Made by a program: the position numbers and the translations under genes
DNA from: Lama guanicoe
Lineage: Eukaryota
Length of the DNA stretch: 64,000 bases
Reading direction: 5' to 3'
NCBI GenBank assembly: GCA_013239625.1
Contig: MU053873.1
Span: 3,424,524-3,488,523, forward strand
In this document: piece after piece, positions 52,358 to 64,000 of the stretch
Position numbering within the stretch: position 1 is the first letter of the stretch
Layout: every line of letters begins with the position of its first letter
The notes under the pieces: model-generated
Databases searched by the model: none
What the model was told of the DNA's origin: nothing
Seen by the model: only the letters and a program-made list of their open reading frames with translations

Positions 52358-55300
52358 TGAGCAGATGTAATACGTTGTGCCCCGTGAATATGGAATAATA
52401 AAAGCCTCTCAGTGCTATCTTATCCACAGTTAAATAGAATCTTCAAGTAACTGAACTTTAAACACCTTTCTCAACTTTCTGTGTATTTCCCCCAGACTGT
52501 AAGCCCCTTGAAGGAAGTGGCTGTGGCCGGGGAGTCACAGTATCCCCATGCTTGGCTCAGAGAAACAGCTCTACAACCATGCGCAGGATGAACGTAACCA
52601 ATGGTATCACCAGCGTTCTTACGAACGATCTAAAATGCTCCCAGGAAGTTGCAGAGCATCTTTCCAATGTTTTCGGACCTTCCTACCGTATCATATGAAT
52701 ACTTGGAATGGACAAGTTTGGCAGGGTCATGAGCCCAAATTTTCAAAGTCCACTGAACGGAAAGGAAACCCCAGTGGAAAGATCCAATCCGATGTGACCC
52801 AACCTCTTTCAGGTACGTGTGATCCCAAGTCAACTGGATTTCACTCTGTTTGGGAAAGGTTAAAAGAACAAGGAGCCCAGAGGAAAACACTCCGCGGCTT
52901 AAGATGCTGACCCTTCGTAGGCCTTGGCTTCTAAATGAGACCCTATGAAATAAAAGTGTTTGTTCTCTAACTTGGCATAAAACAATTGGCCCGCGCGGCT
53001 GAACGTGCGTGTTTCCAGCTGCGCCTGCGCAGTGAGTCCGTGGGTGGGTCACAGCTCCTGTTCCCAACAGACCCCATTACCAGCTACATTAGCTCAACAA
53101 ATGTTTCAGTAAACTAACGCGGCGATATAATTTGAACAAATAGGCAGCTTTTACAGGATTTACACTCATTGGTTCGTTAATTGAATGATGTGTCAGCAGA
53201 ACAAAATGGTTGCCTCTTGCCATCTCAGAAAAGCAAAATCTCCCCTGGGCAGAATGTTCCATTTTCTGAGATTTTCCCCATAACAGGCAGGGGACTGCAC
53301 GCCCCACATTTCATGTAAATTAGCTAGATATTGTTCAGTTCTGTTGCCTTTCTGTTTAAAACTGTGGAAAAGGCACAGCAAAGAAAATAAGGAAGCACAC
53401 AGACTATTACGGCCGCTTCAGAGAACTAGCTAAAGGAAAAGTCACTAGTGGATAGACCAGTGGCAAGTTTCATGGTACCCATTTAGACTCCAAAAACACA
53501 AAGCTAAATCTCTTTCTCAAGAATACTGAATGAAGCTGAAATCAAAACTCTTATCACAAAGCATCCGACCTGTGTCTTTTGCCAGAGTCAAATCACACCA
53601 GGTTTCTGAGTCATTTTAATGTGAAATTAACTTACCAAATCTAGGAATCCCCCAACCTCCCACCCCCTTCCCCAAACTGAGCAGATGGGCCACTGACTGT
53701 CATCCAGGGATAGAGGAAAGCTGTTTCACCTGATAGTTTCAACTGAACAGAATCCTAACACAGGCTGTTACTACGTAAATGGTCACAGTACAAAACTAAA
53801 GCCGGTGGAGATAAACTCAAAACAAATTAGAATCTCTGGAGGAGGTTCCAATGGCCTTATTCAGGAGACTATTGAAAAAAAAAAAAAAGAAAGAAAAAAC
53901 CAGCAACAGAATAACAACCACATAAGAGCTGCTTCCTAAAATTACTCTCCTGTTGATACGTCTCAATTCGAAAATGTCATGAGAAATAAGCTCGCCGTCA
54001 ACTCTGCCGTAAAAGAAAAGCACTACCGAAGAATGCCACCGAAAACAAAGGCCTTCATACAAGGAAGTGAATACCTTCCGCACATAAGTATGTTCTTAAG
54101 AGGGGCACTAAAAAAGTAGAAGTCACATTAAGTCCAAAACACCAAGAAAAAAAAAAAGAACAGAAGTTCCTAATTTTAGTAATATTATATATCACCGCCC
54201 ACCCCAAAAAACTGCCCATGAGTTAAGATTTGTTGATTTTACATACAGACACTTTATATATTTAGGACTCTCTGCCCTTAAGGAAGAAAAGGAAAGGAGT
54301 AAAAGAAATTAAGCATTATATATGACATTATATATGACACTTATAGAAATGTAGGGATTTTTTAAAATGAAATTCAGGTTTGATTTGGGGGTTCCTGTTT
54401 TACTTAGTTACCCATTTGCCAGAAATTTTAAACAGCACTGATTTCCAAGGAGCTTCAGACATGTTAAGAGTCTGGAAGAGGAGTGCTGATTTCACAACAC
54501 TCCATAAGGTCTGCACTCTTCCCTGACGTTCACTGCTTGGCTTTGCTGATCCAAGAACCTTCCCTGCAAAACCTACAAGACGCATGGGCTACAAAGGGCA
54601 AGCAAGCCAAACACATCCCGCAAGCACGTATTCACTTACACAATTTGACTTTTCACGACAAATAACTCAAAGAGGCTGCTATTGTCTGTATCGTGGGGCT
54701 GGGGCTCAGAGACTTGTGAAAACAGTCTGATGATCACCTAGCATCGCAAGAAAGATTTTTTTTATGTTGAGGTGCCATCTAAGCAATCTTGGATGTATAA
54801 TGATGCTTTCAAACAGAGAATAGCTTTGGTTTAGATTCCAATATTTTACAAAAATGCACAGTTTCAAACTCACCATATAGAAGATACCTCTTCTCTATCA
54901 TCAATTCCCCCAAGAGCTATTTAGCATCAAGGAGCCACATTCACTGTACAACTCATGATGGTGTTCATCAGAAAAGAAGCGAGGGGGAAAAAAATCCAAC
55001 CCTAATCCTTTGATACACTATTTGAAACTCCCTATTAATCTGAAGAATGATCTTTTCTGGGGTGGTGCTAATGATATGCACTAATCGAGTCTTTTAGTAC
55101 TTCATCAATAATAATTATTTTTGAGATAAAATTGCAACATGGTATGGACCTCACCAAACCCCTTGCCAATTCAATCAGGCCCTTCTCTGGTCATTTAAAC
55201 AACAAATTTCTCGCCTGGAATCATCCATTCAATGTGTGTTTATAAGTGGGTCCCATTTCAACCTTTTAATAAAGTGCCACCAGAAGATCTGCAAGTTGAG

Positions 55301-56092
55301 GAAAGCAGCTCAGGAGACACACTCTGTACCAAAAAGAAAATCAGGTGGGTCAGAATCCACTCCTTGCTGCCTGGGGACACAAAAGAGGAACGGAGTGTAA
55401 GAAGCTCACAGGACCGGTGACCCTCAAGAGAAGCAAGCACTGAAAATTGCAGTTTAAGTACCTGGGGCGAAAGACAACACGCCTGCACTCCCCAGCTGAG
55501 GCGCCCAGAAGGAGATGAGGAGAGGACGGAGTTGGAAAGGGGGACCGCAGTAGGAACCAGGGAAGGAACGGCCAGGATGGAGTACAAGGGAAAGACAGGC
55601 ATGGGGCAGGAGTGACAGGGATGGGACGGGCAGGCGGGGGACCATATGTTAGGGCTGGAGGGGAAGACAAGGATGCCAGAGATGGGGCCAGAGGGATAGG
55701 GATAGGAATGGGGCTGGAAGGACTCGGATGGGGCAGGAGGGAACCACAGCAATGAAACAGGAAGGACCATAGGGATGGGGCTGGACCGAGAGCCCGGGAC
55801 GGAGCTGGTCTAGCCAAGTCACAACCACATCCTAACAGCTCCCTGCTGGGGCGCTCGCCGCGCGCCGCGCTGGGCAGTTCGGAGCGCTCTCTCCCGGAGT
55901 CCCCCCAGGAGCCCTCCGATGCCCCATTTCAGAGACGGGAACAGCGAGGCCGGCCCTCCAGCGCCCGCTCCCCGAGGTCGCCTGCCCCGGGGCAGCGGCG
56001 GCAAAGCGCCCGACCCTCCCGGACGCAGGGGGTCGCTGGCGGCCGCGGGGGGCGGCGGCGCGGGGGGCGGCGCGGGCCCGGGGCGCCGGTAC

Positions 56093-56205
56093 CTGGGCTC
56101 GGGCAGGACGATCTTCTTGCTGGCGCGGGCGGCCGGGGTCGCCTTGCTCTTCTCCATCGCCATCAGGTAGCTGACATCGGCCAGCACGGCCTCCAGGCCC
56201 TCCAT
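56093..56205 (-). CDS. GRK3: G protein-coupled receptor kinase 3, coding exon 1 (113 nt, ends in phase 2)
   Basis: Minus-strand translation [37 protein letters not shown] matches the GRK2/3 N-terminus. ATG context is gcaacATGG, the donor is CCCAG|gtaccg at 56092, and the exon lies in a CpG island. Confidence 0.96.
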
Positions 56206-56216
56206 GTTGCCGAGCG

Positions 56217-56622
56217 NNNNNNNNNNNNNNNNNNNNNNNNNNNNNNNNNNNNNNNNNNNNNNNNNNNNNNNNNNNNNNNNNNNNNNNNNNNNNNNNNNNN
56301 NNNNNNNNNNNNNNNNNNNNNNNNNNNNNNNNNNNNNNNNNNNNNNNNNNNNNNNNNNNNNNNNNNNNNNNNNNNNNNNNNNNNNNNNNNNNNNNNNNNN
56401 NNNNNNNNNNNNNNNNNNNNNNNNNNNNNNNNNNNNNNNNNNNNNNNNNNNNNNNNNNNNNNNNNNNNNNNNNNNNNNNNNNNNNNNNNNNNNNNNNNNN
56501 NNNNNNNNNNNNNNNNNNNNNNNNNNNNNNNNNNNNNNNNNNNNNNNNNNNNNNNNNNNNNNNNNNNNNNNNNNNNNNNNNNNNNNNNNNNNNNNNNNNN
56601 NNNNNNNNNNNNNNNNNNNNNN
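56217..56622. other. Assembly gap (N run) within the CpG island
   Basis: Run of n characters. Confidence 1.
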
Positions 56623-58484
56623 CCGCGCGCCGCCCGCGGCCCCGCGCACGCGCCGCCGCCCCCGCCCCTTCCCCGAGGGTCGGCAGGGAGCGCGCGCCCC
56701 GCGGCCAGTGCCCCTCGGCGACGGGGCGGAGCGGCCAGGCCCGGCCCACCCCTTGCCGCCTGACCCAGTCCCCGCGGGCACCGTCCCGCCCTCCCCTCGG
56801 GGTGGCCACGAGGGACTTCCTCTCCTCCTTCTCCTCCTCCTCCTCCCGACTTCCCGCTTGGAGCTCCCGGCGCTCGCACGCCCCCCTCTCCCCCGAGACC
56901 CCTGCGAATCCGGGGCGCCCTGGACCCAATGCACACCACCCAAAGGGCCCCGGGGAAGTCTCTGTGCCCCGGACACGGCAGTTCTCAAAGCAGACCGCCT
57001 CCATCAGCATCCTTCTGGAGGTCTAGGGTGGCCCCAGAAATACACGTGCTCCACCTGTCCGCCCAGGTGATGTTGAAGCCGTGGTCCCGGTCACCCTTGA
57101 ACAGCGCCCCGGGGACCATCCCCTAAGCCTCAGTCCTCACCCTGAACATCCCACCCCCCTGTAAACTCAGCAAAGAGAAACCTAACAGCTGGAGAAGGTT
57201 GCTTGTCTTCATCTATGCAGGGCAATGTGAGATGACATTTCCTTCCTGGGAGCACAGCTGCCCTTAGGAGCCCAGCCGCCTGCCCAAGGTGGTCACCACT
57301 CCCTCGCACTCAAAGGTTTGCATTTGGATGTTAAAATGGTCGTTGAGAACCAGAACTAGAATTCTGGCTCTTGTGATTTTACCTTCACATTAGGGGAGCC
57401 CTCCTGTGCACACAGACCCACCAGAAGGGTGATATAAGGAAGTGGAAAAGCTGGGGGCCAAACACCAAGGCAGGAGGGAATTTCCAGCTTCCTGATCCCC
57501 AGTCTCGATGTCTGGTGCCACTATTCCCCATGAGGGCCTGGGGTTTTCATTTACTTCTTATTTTTCTCAGATGTACGCACAAGTCCACTTTCAGAACCTA
57601 TCACTCCGGCCAGAGTGATATTAAGGGGCACTCAGAAAGTCTTAAGAAGACGTGGGCTAAAAATTAATCCATGCAAAAAAAATCATTTTAATTCATCCAC
57701 ATGGGTCACATTGCCCCAGGAGCCTCGACTTTACTAGGATTTGAGTGAATGTTGAGTCAGTAGCTTACGTGGTTAAGAGTTCACTAGGAATGGTTAAGGT
57801 CAAATTTTGGACTTTAAATGTCATGTCACAGCAGAAGCAGCCTGATTTGGTCATGAGAAGAACCCTGCCCTCTTTTGTTCTCTCCCTCAGCAGCCCAGCT
57901 AGACCACATCAGCTGCCCCTGGATCTGTTTCATTGTACGTCTGCCATCACAACTGGCTGGTTTTACCAGCTGTTTCTCAAGACCTAAGGCACAATATTCA
58001 GTGAAGTTGTCCAGAAAAGGACAAGAGGGTTATAAGAAGTAGGCACACGAGTTCAAAGAGCTTGGTCCGGCAGCAGAAAGCCAAAATGAGGAGCGAGCAC
58101 AGTATACAGACACCCAAAGACAAAAGTTTGCATGAGCCAAGTATCAAACTTTCAACTCCCACTTTTTTTTTTTTTTTTTTTTTCCAAAAACAGGAACACA
58201 GAATGTCTTGTCAAGGGTCACCCGAGGAGGAGGGGTAAGTTCCCAAAAAAACATAATGCATTTTTTATGATTTAATTAATACAATTTCTTTCCATATGTC
58301 TTTTTATCATCTGAGCTTACACATGATTTGATTGTCAAATAACTACATACTTCCGCCTACATTTTCACTGTCTTCCAAATATTGAGATTTTTATTCTTGC
58401 CTCTTAGAATTCAGTTAAGAATTTTGTTTGGTGGTGGGTTTTTTTTTCTTTCTTTCTCTTTGGGGAGGAAGAGGAGGATTGTGC

Positions 58485-58710
58485 AGCATGATGTAGTAAG
58501 TTTGGAATAAGAGACCCACCTACATTCAAATCCCTGCTCTGCACTGACTAGCTGGGTGATCTTAGGGGTAACATTTTACCTCTCCGTGCTTTACTGTTCT
58601 CATCAGTAGTGGGAATGAAGCCACCAGCCCCCAGGGTTGCTGAGAAGACAAAGGAGATAATACTCATAAAAATGCACCTGGCCTGTCACCCAGTAGGTCC
58701 CCAATGAAGG
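58485..58710 (+). mobile_element. MIR SINE
   Basis: ttcaaatccctgctctgcactgactagctgggtgatcttagg...acctctccgtgct...ttctcatc. Confidence 0.7.
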
Positions 58711-58829
58711 TCACTGCATTTCCTCTGTTTTGCTTCATTTTACCCTGGCCTGCTGGAAAGATACTGAAACCAGCTATTCACAGACACTATCCTTGAAACA
58801 GAAAAACCCCTTACCAAAAAACTTGTCCT

Positions 58830-59093
58830 TATGTGGTATATTTATACGATGGAATACTACTCAGCCATAAAAACTGCCAACATAACGCCATTTGCAACAT
58901 GGATGCTCCTGGAGAATGTCATTCCAAGTGAAGTAAGCCAGAAAGAGAAAGAAAAACACCACATGAGATCGCATGTGGAATCTAAAAAACAAAAACAAAA
59001 GCCTAAATACAAAACAGAAATAGACCTCATAGACATAGAATACAAACTTGTGGTTGCCAAGGGGGCGGAGGGGGGAAGGGATAGATGGGATTT
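58830..59093 (+). mobile_element. Young L1 ORF2 end / 3'UTR, cut by the gap
   Basis: MWYIYTMEYYSAIK...PFATWMLLENVIPSEVSQKEKEK is the L1 ORF2 C-terminus. Confidence 0.9.
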
Positions 59094-59299
59094 NNNNNNN
59101 NNNNNNNNNNNNNNNNNNNNNNNNNNNNNNNNNNNNNNNNNNNNNNNNNNNNNNNNNNNNNNNNNNNNNNNNNNNNNNNNNNNNNNNNNNNNNNNNNNNN
59201 NNNNNNNNNNNNNNNNNNNNNNNNNNNNNNNNNNNNNNNNNNNNNNNNNNNNNNNNNNNNNNNNNNNNNNNNNNNNNNNNNNNNNNNNNNNNNNNNNNN
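59094..59299. other. Assembly gap (N run) truncating a young L1 3' end
   Basis: Run of n characters. Confidence 1.
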
Positions 59300-59323
59300 T
59301 GCATTTCTAGGAAACCAAATTGG

Positions 59324-59357
<34 letters not shown>

Positions 59358-60609
59358 CCATTATAGACAGAAGCAATGACTCTTCTAGTAAAAAGAACAG
59401 AGTCCAAAATTGGGTCCCTTAACTGAGGCCCCTCCCCCAGTGAAGTCAGTGACCAGAGCATCCTTTCTTGGTCTTCCCAGTGTGTGAACTTGGGATTCCT
59501 GGCTCTCTCTTTTACTCTCTCACTTTCCCTTCCCTCTCCTTTCCCTCAACTCTCTTAATGCTGAACAGCTTTTTGTGTTCACTGCAAACAAAAGGCGCTA
59601 ATGACAGCGATGAAGTTGTCATAACTGACCTGCAGGATCCTGTTGCTAAACACCAACGCCAGACTGTAATCATTACGGACGAACAGAGAAAACAAATAGC
59701 AATGCCGTTGTACTCAGCCAATAATGCTCCCTTGTAAATAAGTGTGTTTTCCTCCCTCCCTCATCCCGAAATGATTTAAATGACTCTGGGCTCACACTGC
59801 TTGTGATAATTGATAAAACTCCAAAGTCCCTGCAAGGTTCCTAATGTTCTCTTTTTCTCTTTCCTGTGACTTCCCAAGATCAGGGGAGGTGTGGCTGAGA
59901 TGGATGCATCAAAGCTGATACTCCCGGAGTAATTCTGATAACAGCTTCAAGGGAAAAAAGCGAACCAGAGAACTAACTGGTATTTGTTTTCGGTTCCGGG
60001 CTTGACTGGGGCTTCCTACTCACACCGAGAATCCCTGGACTGTAAAAGCTGGGGAGGGAGGGTGGTTCTGGGAAATGAATCAGGCACACATGCAAAAAGT
60101 CAACTGTAAGACACCAAATAGAAGATTTTTGAGACCAGCAGAACGTGCCTGCCTTCAATTCATTAATATCACAGTATTTAATTCAATCCCTGCTAACAGA
60201 GACTCAGTGTTTTGGTCAGTGGTCCCCTAAATAGAGTTGCTTTGCAAGAAATCCCACACACAATTGGAGTTTGAATGGGTTTGCTTCCAAACATCTCACT
60301 CTGTAAAGTCTGCAGCCATGCCGAGACCACTGTCCCATTTCACTTGTAACTTCGATCACAATTCTGCACATGCATCATAGGAACTGCTTTTAATGTTGTT
60401 TTAAGAGCAAAGCTTTACAAACTTTCATGGAGGCTGAGTCCTAGGCACTCCATGCCTTAAAAGATAGGCAGAAAGTTCTAACACCAAACTTCAGTTTACA
60501 TAGCACTGAAATTACGTTCAGCGTAGAAGTACCTTCCTTTAAAGAAGTGGGTGGAAACACATTTCTCTACAGGAGCTCCGGGTCGGTGCCTCTCTAGAGA
60601 GAAGTCTTG

Positions 60610-60810
60610 GGGTGATGTAGTTCAGAACCTGGGCTAAGGAGGCAGATGGCCCAAATTAGAACCCCAGTACCAGTACTTCGAGCTGTGTGACCTTAGACAA
60701 ATTGCTCAATCTCTCTGGGCCTCAGCACTCTCTGTGGTATTCATGGGATTGCTGCAAGAACAAAGCTGTAATTTGAAAAACACTTAGAACAGTGTCTGGC
60801 GCTCAAAAAA
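60610..60810 (+). mobile_element. MIR SINE
   Basis: agctgtgtgaccttagacaaattgctcaatctctctgggcctcag...cacttagaacagtgtctggc. Confidence 0.7.
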
Positions 60811-62434
60811 ATGGGATCTTTGTCATCATCCTCATCGTCCTAGGAGTATCTCTACATCAATCACGCCCAGCATGATGAAAAATGACCAGTCCCCGGAACA
60901 TAAAAGCAGTGTGGGATGTGACCCGCTGGCTCTGGCACTGCTGAATTACTGTAAGTGAGCCTTGTCAGCCTTTTAAATCTCTTTCCATGGCTGCCTAATG
61001 AAAGGCTTGAATGAGCTGGTCCTCAAGTTCCCTTCAAACTGTAAAATTCTCTGGTTTTATTTAATCCTACAGTGACTCTCTGCATGGTAAAGAATACTCA
61101 CACCTCTCTAGAACATCTTGTGAGTTTCAGCTTTGCTGTAGCAGGATGTACCTAGGACACGAATAATCACCGGCGGTGCCACCATCCACAGGTGAGGTGA
61201 GCAATCAGTCCATCAGCTGGTTTACGGAAACAAGCACATCTGTATTTTCCTCCGGCATCTGCACTCAACACACCAACCTTGCTCAATAAACACACACTGA
61301 GTAAATAAGTGAATGAATGAATGAATGAATGGCATAAAAGATAAAGGATGTTTGCCTCAAAGAACCTTCTATAGAGATAATCTAAAAGGAGGGGGGAAAG
61401 TGCTATTTTAAACCACAAATGCCTACTAGAAAGGGTGCATCGGGTAAATGATGGGCCCTAACCGCTTGGTCCCTGCTGGTCTTTCCTGGTGCTTGCTAAT
61501 GGCCAAGAAGGCGTCTCCAGCAGCTGAGAGCCTTGATGCCCTCGGACTTGGAAAGGGAGCAGTTGAGAGCTTCAGGCCTGGGGATGGAGAGAGCCAAACC
61601 CCTTTGCCTAACAGAAGGGCCTGGAGGAGAACTCCAAAGAAGAGTGAGAGAAAGTAATGAGATGGCCCGAGGCCAGGCACCCTGTGGGATGGGCAGCCAG
61701 AGAAAACCCGCAGAGGTGGGGTGGACTAGAGGACTTCCGTTTTCTGTGCCGTTTTAAGTTCACTATTCTGCACAGCAATGTCATGCCTTTCCGGTGATCT
61801 GACAACCCACGTGTGTGGGTCTTTGATAGCAGGTTGCAGGAGAGGTTGGATCCAGCAAGAACGTTGGGAAACCAGGCTCCCTGGACTCCTCGGCCACCCA
61901 GGGCAGGCCTTGGCTTTTCTGCGGGACTGGAAAACCCATCTTGTCTCCCTCTCGAGGTGTGAGAAGATGACCCCTGGATATGGAAATCACAAAAGGCCAG
62001 AACTTCTGCATTGCCCAGTTCCCTCTGGCCCCTAACCTGGTGGCCTTCCCTCCATGGTCCTGTCTTGGCCTGTGCCTTTCAGCTGGGAAATTATATCAGT
62101 CCAAGAAAGGCCACCACAGACCCCAATCTGCTAAGGAAAGGCATATAGATCTCCCATGCCACACCTTACAAGTCATCTGGGACCAGTGGCTGCAGGCCAT
62201 CAGTGAATTCATCCCCCACGTCTCAGGGACCGTCCCTCCTTCCCATCTCAGTCAATTCTGTTTCTTCTTTCCTGGTTGCAGCTCCCAAAATGGTCTCATT
62301 CTGTCAGAGCTCATGGGTATAGATTCCAACAGGCCAGACTCAGTAACAAAACCCTGGGGCCTGGGCCAGGCCGGGCATCCCCCTGATCCACCAGGAAGGG
62401 GGTTGTGTCCTCCTGGGATGTGCTCTAGACCAGC

Positions 62435-62560
62435 CAGCACTTCCAGACACTTACGTTGTTGAAATTGCCAAAGTGCAGATTCAGAGTCAGAGGTCCAGGG
62501 TGGGGCCTGAGGTTCTGCATTGAGAAACGCAGACTTCCCAGTAGGGCCAAAGCCACTGAA
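62435..62560. mobile_element. MER5A-like hAT-Charlie DNA transposon fragment
   Basis: tgcagattcagagtcagaggtccagggtggggcctgaggttctgcatt. Confidence 0.6.
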
Positions 62561-62849
62561 ACTTGGGCCGCACACTAAACCTGCCAAAGCAGGATCTGCC
62601 CCGTAACAAGATACCCAGGCGATTCCAGGGCACATCGAAGTATGCCAAGCCCTGCTCTAGGTCACCCTGGGACCTCTAGTTCAGGCCCTGAAATAGTTCA
62701 AGCAGGCGTCACAGAGGCGGGTTCTACAGAGAGAAGGGTCAGATCAGCTGGGCCCAAATGGGCAGCCCCGAGAGAAAGGGGGAGAAGAGGGAGAAATGGG
62801 CTGGGGAAGATTGATGCAGGGCCTGGGAGCCACAGGGGAATCGAAGCTA

Positions 62850-63420
62850 TCTTAGGAGCAGTGGGAGGCCAGTGGACGGTTTCGAAGAGAAGCGTGATGA
62901 CATCAGATGTGCCTTTTTATAAGAGTCTGCTGGCTGGAGATACAGGACAGGTGAGCAAGAGGGAACCTGGGAGCAATTCAGGGTGGTAATCCAGGAGACC
63001 AGGATGAGGGTGGCTACAGAAGGCAGACCAGCACATCACATGTGAGGCGCACCAAGTGTGTTCCAAGATGGAGGGGACTCATCCAGGGTGATTTGCAGGC
63101 CTCCAAGGCAGCAGTAAGAACAGAAGGAAAGTCCTCCTTCCAACCTCCCTGGAACCTTGAGAATAAGTCTTTTATTTCCACATCCAGAAGATGCCCACAG
63201 CTTGCCAACTTATCCTGCTTCCAAACCCTCCCTTCTTCAATCCACCTGACAACTTGCTGCCCCTGCTCAAGAACTTTCAGTAGCTCCCTACTGCCTTCCA
63301 AATCATCTTCAAATTCCTCCGCCAACACTTCTGTGCTCTGCCTTCTATTTCTGCCACACATGTTCATGCTTTCATTCATTCAACAGATATTTACTGAGTA
63401 CCATCAATGAGGCAGGCAGT
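62850..63420. mobile_element. L2 LINE fragments
   Basis: cattcattcaacagatatttactgagtacc (antisense 3' terminus) and tgctgcccctgctcaagaac. Confidence 0.5.
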
Positions 63421-63524
63421 AAAAAGAAATCACTCATCTGCCAAGACACAGAATCAGTCCCTGGAGGTTTATAGCCACACTGAAATGCTCTTCCAAATAA
63501 GCCACTTTGGCTCTATAAAATAGA

Positions 63525-63569
63525 AATAATAATAATAATAATAATAACAATAACAACAACAACAACAAC
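63525..63569 (+). repeat. Compound (AAT)n(AAC)n microsatellite
   Basis: Directly visible in the sequence. Confidence 0.95.
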
Positions 63570-63574
63570 AGATA

Positions 63575-63770
63575 ATACTTAGTAAGCGCTTACTGTGTGC
63601 CAATTGCCACGTTGAACACTTTGTGTGACTATCATTAAATCTGCCCCAAACACCCACGATGGAGACGGTGAGTCTCATTTTAAACATGAGAAAAACATCG
63701 AGTTACTTGCAAAACGAGTACAATAACTAAATTAATAGGATCTGAACCCAGGCAGCCTGAGTCCAGAGTT
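63575..63770 (-). mobile_element. MIR SINE
   Basis: agcgcttactgtgtgcc...ctcattttaaacatgagaaaa...tgaacccaggcagcctgagtccagag. Confidence 0.7.
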
Positions 63771-64000
63771 AGTTCCCCTGATTCCTGTCTTCTAAATGTC
63801 CCTATACTCTAAGTCATGGGGCTGCTGGGTCAACCAGAATAACCTTGTACCTGTTCAAGTATGCAAGCAGCTATATAAATCCTATTAAAATGTTCCTTTC
63901 AATTCACTTCCTGCAACTCACTGAGCCAGGGTCACTTTGGTCAAGCTGATTCCAGCCTTGGAAGCGTCTCCTTCTGGTTCCTTTTCCTGGGATATTCCCC

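Larger units (their letters stand above)
55830..57120. promoter_or_regulatory. CpG island / GRK3 promoter; TSS and 5'UTR probably partly inside the N-gap
   Basis: Very GC- and CpG-dense sequence on both sides of the gap, enclosing exon 1. GC boxes ccccgcccc (~56660-56668) and ggggcggagc (~56723-56732). No obvious TATA box. Confidence 0.9.

Noticed and set aside
54314..54339. Short tandem duplications (cattatatatga x2; also agaatttctat x2 at ~27183)
   Set aside because: These are ordinary replication-slippage duplications with no further structure.
55819..57070. Long ORFs of 258-392 aa across the CpG island
   Set aside because: They are artefacts of the N-gap and stop-poor GC-rich DNA. Only 56093-56205 is coding.
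57120..64000. Possible neighbouring gene such as the beta-crystallin CRYBB2, expected upstream by synteny
   Set aside because: No crystallin-like or other recognisable exon was found on either strand.
1..64000. CRISPR array, operon, or other prokaryotic or novel defence-type system
   Set aside because: There are no regularly spaced direct repeats or dense long ORFs. The window is explained as a mammalian intron-rich locus.

Overview
This is mammalian genomic DNA, not microbial. It covers the 5' part of GRK3 (ADRBK2, beta-adrenergic receptor kinase 2) on the minus strand. Coding exon 1 (56093-56205, 113 nt) lies in a CpG island, exon 2 is at 31687-31763 (77 nt) and exon 3 at 7845-7918 (74 nt). 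Spliced through canonical GT-AG junctions they give 88 codons: [88 protein letters not shown]. Exon 4 onward lies beyond coordinate 1. The rest is intron plus about 7 kb of upstream DNA, dominated by transposon fossils: old L1M-type LINEs, short young L1 3' ends, five tRNA-derived SINEs resembling camelid Vic-1 (suggesting alpaca or camel), MLT1/MER21/ERV LTRs, MIR, L2, CR1/L3 and MER5A. There are also microsatellites and three N-gaps. Nearly all ORFs in the supplied track are spurious. I found no convincing new biological system. The most notable oddities are a twin-primed, 3'-truncated L1 insertion with a TSD; a SINE whose TSD duplicates part of the exon 3 splice donor; old L1 fragments with strong AT-to-GC/CpG gain; an ERV-L dUTPase fragment embedded in L1 sequence; and a non-canonical MEG N-terminus next to a gap. 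Repeat family names come from recalled consensus similarity, and repeat boundaries are approximate.
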